Assembly: GCA_965277805.1 (NCBI GenBank)
Contig: OZ255842.1
Coordinates: 2,496,001 to 2,560,000 of the forward strand
Direction: 5' to 3'
Length of the DNA stretch: 64,000 bases
DNA from: Candidatus Lustribacter sp.
GTDB lineage: Bacteria; Vulcanimicrobiota; Vulcanimicrobiia; Vulcanimicrobiales; Vulcanimicrobiaceae
The stretch's first letter is position 1; each line of letters opens with the position of its first letter. The notes under the pieces are model-generated. The model was not told the DNA's origin. It ran no database searches and saw only the letters and a program-made list of their open reading frames with translations. Below are positions 59,748-64,000 of this stretch, piece after piece. Made by a program: the position numbers and the translations under genes.

Positions 59748-61426
59748 TCGGAACCATCGTCGCCGCAGCGCTCTGGGCGCTGGCGGCCAGCCTGCTCCTC
59801 TCCGTCGTCGTCGGCGGACTGGTCGCGGCCGCCATCGTGCTGACGCGCCCGACGGCTGCCACGCGCGGCGCCTTGTGGTCGGTCGCGCTGGCTGCGGCCG
59901 GCGTCGCCCCGGTCGCCATCCTCGCCGTAATGCTCGTTCGCGGCACGTTCGCCGGGACGCCGGCCGCGACGGCCGCGCACACGCCCGCCCATTCATCCGC
60001 CCACACCGCTCCGGCCCGCCGAATGACCGGCGAGCGGACGATCTTGAACATGCCCGGCCCGGCGTTGGCCCTGCGCGTTCCCGGACCGCCCGACGTCGCG
60101 CCGCTCGCCGCGGCCGGCATCGTTGCCGTTTGGGCACTCGGCGCCCTGATCGGGCTCGCCGGCCTCGCCCGCAGCCTGGCGCGCGTCCGGAGTCTGAAGC
60201 TGCGTTCGAGCCCGCTCGACGGCACGCTCGCGACCGAACTGCCCTGGCTCACCACGACGCCCGGACGCGAGATCTACTTACGCCTCACGTACGAGACGGA
60301 AACGCCGATCGCCGTCGGCTTCCGCCGGCCCGTGATCCTGATCCCGACCGAGATGGCGACCGCCGACGGCCTGACCTCGATCGAGCCGCTGATCATGCAC
60401 GAGTACGCGCATCTCGCGCGCTACGACGATTGGACCAACCTCGCGCAGCGCGTGACCGAACGTCTCTTCTGGTTCAACCCGCTCGTCTGGATGATCGGCC
60501 ACCGTATCGCGCTCGAGCGCGAGGTTGCCGCCGACGAAGCCGTCGTTGCACGCACGCACAATCCGAAAGTCTACGCATCGACGCTGTGGCGCATGGCGCA
60601 AGAGATGCGCATGCCCGAACACGTCGTCGTTGCGCCGGGCGCGATGCTCACGCGCAAACAGATCTCCGTGCGCATCGAACGGCTGCTCGACGAGACACCC
60701 CTCGGCCGCCGCTACATCAGCGCAGCCGCACTAGCGATCGGCGTCGTTGCCTTTACCGGTGTAGCCGCACTTGCTGCGACAGCGCCACCGATCGTGCTCG
60801 CGCAAAACGACTCGCTCGCGCCTGTCGTCACCCATCCAGTCGAGACTCATTCGTTCGTACTGCAGCCACTGGCTCCACCGGCTTCACCGGCGCCCGTGTC
60901 GCCCGTAACGCCCGTACCCGCTGTGCTTCCCGTGCTCCCGAAGACCGCGTCGCCGGTTGAACTTCCGTCCGCGGCCCGCGAAACAATTGCTGCAGCTGCT
61001 GCCGCCCTGGCCACTGCGGCAGCGAAATCCGCCGACGCCGACGATCTCGGACACAAAATCCAGGCTGAAGTACAGCGCAGCTTCGGGGATGCTGCGAAGC
61101 ATCATCTGGTGGTGCTAAACAGCAACGACGACGGCCCGGTTAGCCGCGACCTGATCCGCAGCTGCATCGGCTGCGACTTCTCTCACCGTGACATGCATGG
61201 AATGGATTTGAGCAACCTCTCGCTGATCGGAGACGACTTTTCGTACGCTGACCTTCGCGGCGTCAACCTTCACGGGTCAAAACTGACGGGCGTCGATCTC
61301 AGTCACAGCAACCTCGACGATGCGGATATGAGCCAGTCGCTGCTTCGTGGCGTTGACCTCTCGCACGCTTCGATGCATGGCACCAACACGTCCGGCATCA
61401 AGCTGATCGGAAGCTCGCTCCCATGA
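59744..61426 (+). CDS. M56 (BlaR1/MecR1-type) metallopeptidase with C-terminal pentapeptide-repeat domain
   Basis: TM helices, PVILIP, HEYAH, FWFNPLVW, REVAAD, RIERL; Pro/Ala linker; CIGCDFS followed by ADLRG-type repeats. Confidence 0.9.
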   Translation: MIGTIVAAALWALAASLLLSVVVGGLVAAAIVLTRPTAATRGALWSVALAAAGVAPVAILAVMLVRGTFAGTPAATAAHTPAHSSAHTAPARRMTGERTILNMPGPALALRVPGPPDVAPLAAAGIVAVWALGALIGLAGLARSLARVRSLKLRSSPLDGTLATELPWLTTTPGREIYLRLTYETETPIAVGFRRPVILIPTEMATADGLTSIEPLIMHEYAHLARYDDWTNLAQRVTERLFWFNPLVWMIGHRIALEREVAADEAVVARTHNPKVYASTLWRMAQEMRMPEHVVVAPGAMLTRKQISVRIERLLDETPLGRRYISAAALAIGVVAFTGVAALAATAPPIVLAQNDSLAPVVTHPVETHSFVLQPLAPPASPAPVSPVTPVPAVLPVLPKTASPVELPSAARETIAAAAAALATAAAKSADADDLGHKIQAEVQRSFGDAAKHHLVVLNSNDDGPVSRDLIRSCIGCDFSHRDMHGMDLSNLSLIGDDFSYADLRGVNLHGSKLTGVDLSHSNLDDADMSQSLLRGVDLSHASMHGTNTSGIKLIGSSLP

Positions 61427-61452
61427 GAGCTTCCGTTTCTTTGCCCTCGTCA

Positions 61453-61466
61453 ACTAATTCTATAGT
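61453..61466. promoter_or_regulatory. candidate BlaI-type operator
   Basis: ACTA-ATTCTA-TAGT palindromic arms upstream of the pentapeptide gene. Confidence 0.55.
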
Positions 61467-61478
61467 AGGTAGTTAACT

Positions 61479-62174
61479 ATGCTCGCACACTCTATCGCCG
61501 TTCTGCTCGGGCTTCTGATGTTACTGATGAGCGCCCCGGCGGGCGCCGCCGACACGATACTCAACGCTCGCTGCATCGGCTGTGACATGCACGGTCGGGA
61601 CCTTCACGGGCAAGATCTTCACGGCGCGACGTACATCGGCACCGATATGCAAGACATCAATCTGCGCGACACCGATTTGCGAAATGTAAGATTTGTCGGC
61701 GTCGATCTTTCCGGGGGAACGCTCGACGGAGCCGATTTGCGCGGGTCGACCTTTACGGGTGTCGATTTCGGTAACGTGACGCTTCGAGGTGCTAATGTTA
61801 CCGGCATTCGGCTAACGGGCGTCGATCTCAAACGCATCCGGCTCGCCGGCGTTGACGTTCACACATTCTTGGCCCGCTGCGTCGGATGCGATTTCTCCCA
61901 GGCCGATCTTCACGGCCTCGATATGCACGGCTCCGCGCTGATCGGCGCCGATTTTCACGATGCGAATCTCGAAAACGTCAACTTTAACGGCGCGACGCTT
62001 TGCAGCGGCCACAGCAATAACCCGTGTGACGACCTGCGCGGCGCGCGCGTCGCGGGGGCCAACTTCCGCAATGTGCGCTGGTGCGAGGGCATCGACCGCG
62101 CTTGTCGTCCGGTGACGGCCGACGAGCTGCGCCGCCTCACCAACAACCCGCTCACCGGAGCGCAGTTACCCTGA
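61479..62174 (+). CDS. secreted pentapeptide-repeat protein
   Basis: Signal peptide ending AGA-A; CIGCDMHG and CVGCDFS caps; many (A/T/V)DLRG-type repeats; extra C-terminal cysteines. Confidence 0.9.
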   Translation: MLAHSIAVLLGLLMLLMSAPAGAADTILNARCIGCDMHGRDLHGQDLHGATYIGTDMQDINLRDTDLRNVRFVGVDLSGGTLDGADLRGSTFTGVDFGNVTLRGANVTGIRLTGVDLKRIRLAGVDVHTFLARCVGCDFSQADLHGLDMHGSALIGADFHDANLENVNFNGATLCSGHSNNPCDDLRGARVAGANFRNVRWCEGIDRACRPVTADELRRLTNNPLTGAQLP

Positions 62175-62193
62175 TTTTACCGCGCCGTCTGAA

Positions 62194-62207
62194 ACTAAAT
62201 CGCTAGT
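62194..62207. promoter_or_regulatory. candidate BlaI-type operator
   Basis: ACTA-AATCGC-TAGT upstream of the small ORF. Confidence 0.55.
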
Positions 62208-62238
62208 ACACCGTAACTTAACCGGAGGCACACACACC

Positions 62239-62379
62239 ATGTTCAACTTCTTCGCACCGATCGTCTTAGCACTCGCGATCATCGCCACGCTCGGCACGCA
62301 GCTCGTCACGACGGCCTATCGCAATACGCAATTACCGCCGTGCGCCGGCTGCGAGATCCACTCGCGCGACCTCAGCTAG
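62239..62379 (+). CDS. 46-aa membrane/secreted peptide with CxGC pentapeptide-cap motif (not in ORF track)
   Basis: GGAGG RBS; MFNFFAPIVLALAIIATLGTQLVTTAYRNTQLPPCAGCEIHSRDLS*. Confidence 0.7.
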   Translation: MFNFFAPIVLALAIIATLGTQLVTTAYRNTQLPPCAGCEIHSRDLS

Positions 62380-63242
62380 TTCGTGCGGGCGATTTCGCCG
62401 AAGCGGCCGGCTTGATAATCGCGGAAGGCCTGCTCGATCTCGGCCTTCGTGTTCATCACGAAGGGTCCGTACCGCGCGACCGGCTCGTTCAGCGGCATGC
62501 CGGCGAGGACCAGCGCTTCGAAGCCGCCGGCGTCCGCCGTTAGCTCGAGCGACGCCGGCGCGTTCGCGATCAGCGCAACGCGGTGATCGGAGAGCGCGGT
62601 GTCTTGCACGCGGCCGCTGCCGTCAATCGTGTGAACGATCGCATTCGAACCCGCTGCAATCGACAGCGTCAGATGCGCACCGGCTTCGAGCTTCACGTGA
62701 ACCATCGTCGTTGGAACGGTCGTCTCGATCGGCGAACCCTTTCCATCCAGTTCACCGGCAATCACGCGGGCCCACGTTCCGGGGCCGGTGACGATCGGCA
62801 GTTGCGCGCTCGCATACTCTTGATAACGCGGCGTTGCCAGCTTCTGCGACTGCGGCAGGTTGACCCAAATCTGAAAGCCGTGCACGCGTCCGCCGCGCTC
62901 CATGATTTCTTTCGCCGGCATCTCCGAATGGATCACGCCGGCACCCGCCGTCATCCATTGCACGTCACCCGGCTGCAGCGAGCCGCGATGACCGTGCGAA
63001 TCTTCATGCTCCATCGCACCGTCGAGCACGTAGGTGACGGTTTCGAAGCCGCGGTGCGGATGGTCGGGAGCGCCGATGCCCTCGCCTGGACCGTACGTAA
63101 CGGGACCCATCTCGTCGATGAGCAGAATCGGATCGAAGTATGAGAGTCCGGCGACCGGAAATGCGCGCCGGATCTGAAAGCCGCCGCCTTCGAGTGCGAC
63201 CTGCGTGGGGACAACCGTGATGGACGTGGCTTGGGTCTGCAT
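62376..63242 (-). CDS. pirin family protein
   Basis: HPHRGFETVTY, HEDS, VQWMTAGAGVIHSE, FQIWVNLP, GPFVMN. Confidence 0.95.
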   Translation of the reverse strand: MQTQATSITVVPTQVALEGGGFQIRRAFPVAGLSYFDPILLIDEMGPVTYGPGEGIGAPDHPHRGFETVTYVLDGAMEHEDSHGHRGSLQPGDVQWMTAGAGVIHSEMPAKEIMERGGRVHGFQIWVNLPQSQKLATPRYQEYASAQLPIVTGPGTWARVIAGELDGKGSPIETTVPTTMVHVKLEAGAHLTLSIAAGSNAIVHTIDGSGRVQDTALSDHRVALIANAPASLELTADAGGFEALVLAGMPLNEPVARYGPFVMNTKAEIEQAFRDYQAGRFGEIARTN

Positions 63243-63314
63243 AGCCTATCCATAACCACCGCCGGGTTGCATGAGATGCAGGGGCGAGCAGCCCAGGCGT
63301 AGAGTCAACCGGTC

Positions 63315-64000
63315 ATGACGACGGAAGCGGTCAAACCCTTAGCTTACGGCATCGACTCCTACCTCGAGTGGATCAAACGCGAAGGCCTGCTCGTGCACGA
63401 GGGCCTCGCGCTGAACCTCATGAAGCTCGAGACGCGGGACTGGCCGCGCTTCGGCGTCGACGGCGCCGCGCTGCACTTCAAAGGCAGCGGCGACTTCTGC
63501 TCGATGTTCCTCATGAACGTCGGCGCGGGAAAAGCCACCAACCCGATCCAGCACGTCTTCGAGGCGATCTACTACGTCTTCGAGGGCCGCGGCTCGACGC
63601 AGCTCGAGTTCAGCGACGGAACGACCCGCAGTTTCGAATGGGGTCCGCGCAGCTTTTTTGCTATCCCACTCAACGCGAAGTACCGGCATTTCAACGCGAG
63701 CGGCACCGAACGCGCGCTGCTGGCCGTAACGACGACGGCGCCGCTGATGATGAAGATCTTTCACAACGAGCGCTTCATCTTCGACTTGCCGTTCGATTTC
63801 ACGGACCGCATCGGTAAGGAAGCGTTCTTCACCGGGCAAGGCGATTTGCACATGGTCCGGCCCGGCAACAATATGTGGGAGACGAACTTCGTCCCCGATT
63901 TGGGCGAACTCGAGCTCACCAGTTGGGACGACCGCGGCAAGGGCTCGAAAAATATTATCTTCGCGCTCGGCGACGGCATCATGCACGCGCACATGTCGGA
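63315..64000 (+). CDS. cupin-domain protein, partial (runs off window)
   Basis: Manual translation MTTEAVKPLAYGIDSYLEWIKREG...QHVFEAIYYVFEGRGST...FEWGPRSFFAIPLNAKYRHFN. Confidence 0.8.
   Translation, partial: MTTEAVKPLAYGIDSYLEWIKREGLLVHEGLALNLMKLETRDWPRFGVDGAALHFKGSGDFCSMFLMNVGAGKATNPIQHVFEAIYYVFEGRGSTQLEFSDGTTRSFEWGPRSFFAIPLNAKYRHFNASGTERALLAVTTTAPLMMKIFHNERFIFDLPFDFTDRIGKEAFFTGQGDLHMVRPGNNMWETNFVPDLGELELTSWDDRGKGSKNIIFALGDGIMHAHMS

Noticed and set aside
59364-61426. Beta-lactam resistance regulon linked to the hydrolase at 46515
   Set aside because: The sensor is not a penicillin-binding domain, the genes are 12 kb apart, and no ACTA-N6-TAGT site was seen upstream of the hydrolase
61479-62174. 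Qnr/MfpA-type quinolone resistance protein
   Set aside because: Has a signal peptide and CxGC caps; gyrase-protecting pentapeptide proteins are cytoplasmic

Overview
This is a high-GC bacterial chromosome segment with no rRNA, tRNA, CRISPR array or transposase. Firmicute-like synteny (PIN/TRAM-ispD-ispF-[gltX slot]-cysE-cysS-rlmB; PASTA-rpe-thiamine gene; cmk-plsC) together with outer-membrane functions (TolC) suggests a diderm Terrabacterium, possibly Eremiobacterota; that taxonomy is inference only. Housekeeping blocks (cys/isp, hemW, plsX, rpmB, radA, dapD, tkt-tal-zwf-opcA-pgl) alternate with catabolic and transport blocks (VOC/aldolase/reductase, LLM-isomerase-ThDP enzyme, Liv-type ABC, TRAP, cupin dioxygenases). 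Most notable: (1) a BlaI repressor / M56 protease-pentapeptide fusion / secreted pentapeptide protein / unannotated 46-aa peptide module. Its three non-repressor products share a CxGC motif, and related ACTA-N6-TAGT-type sites precede blaI, the secreted protein and the peptide. (2) A putative ~185-nt structured ncRNA beside phased DnaA-box arrays near a WYL regulator. (3) A stand-alone GluRS anticodon-binding domain in the gltX slot. (4) IspD fused to an EF-G domain V-like module. (5) A STAS-LolA-like fusion heading a TetR-HlyD-TolC operon. (6) A REP-like intergenic repeat family, one copy of which supplies the rpmB -35 box. All calls come from motif recognition by eye; no searches were run.
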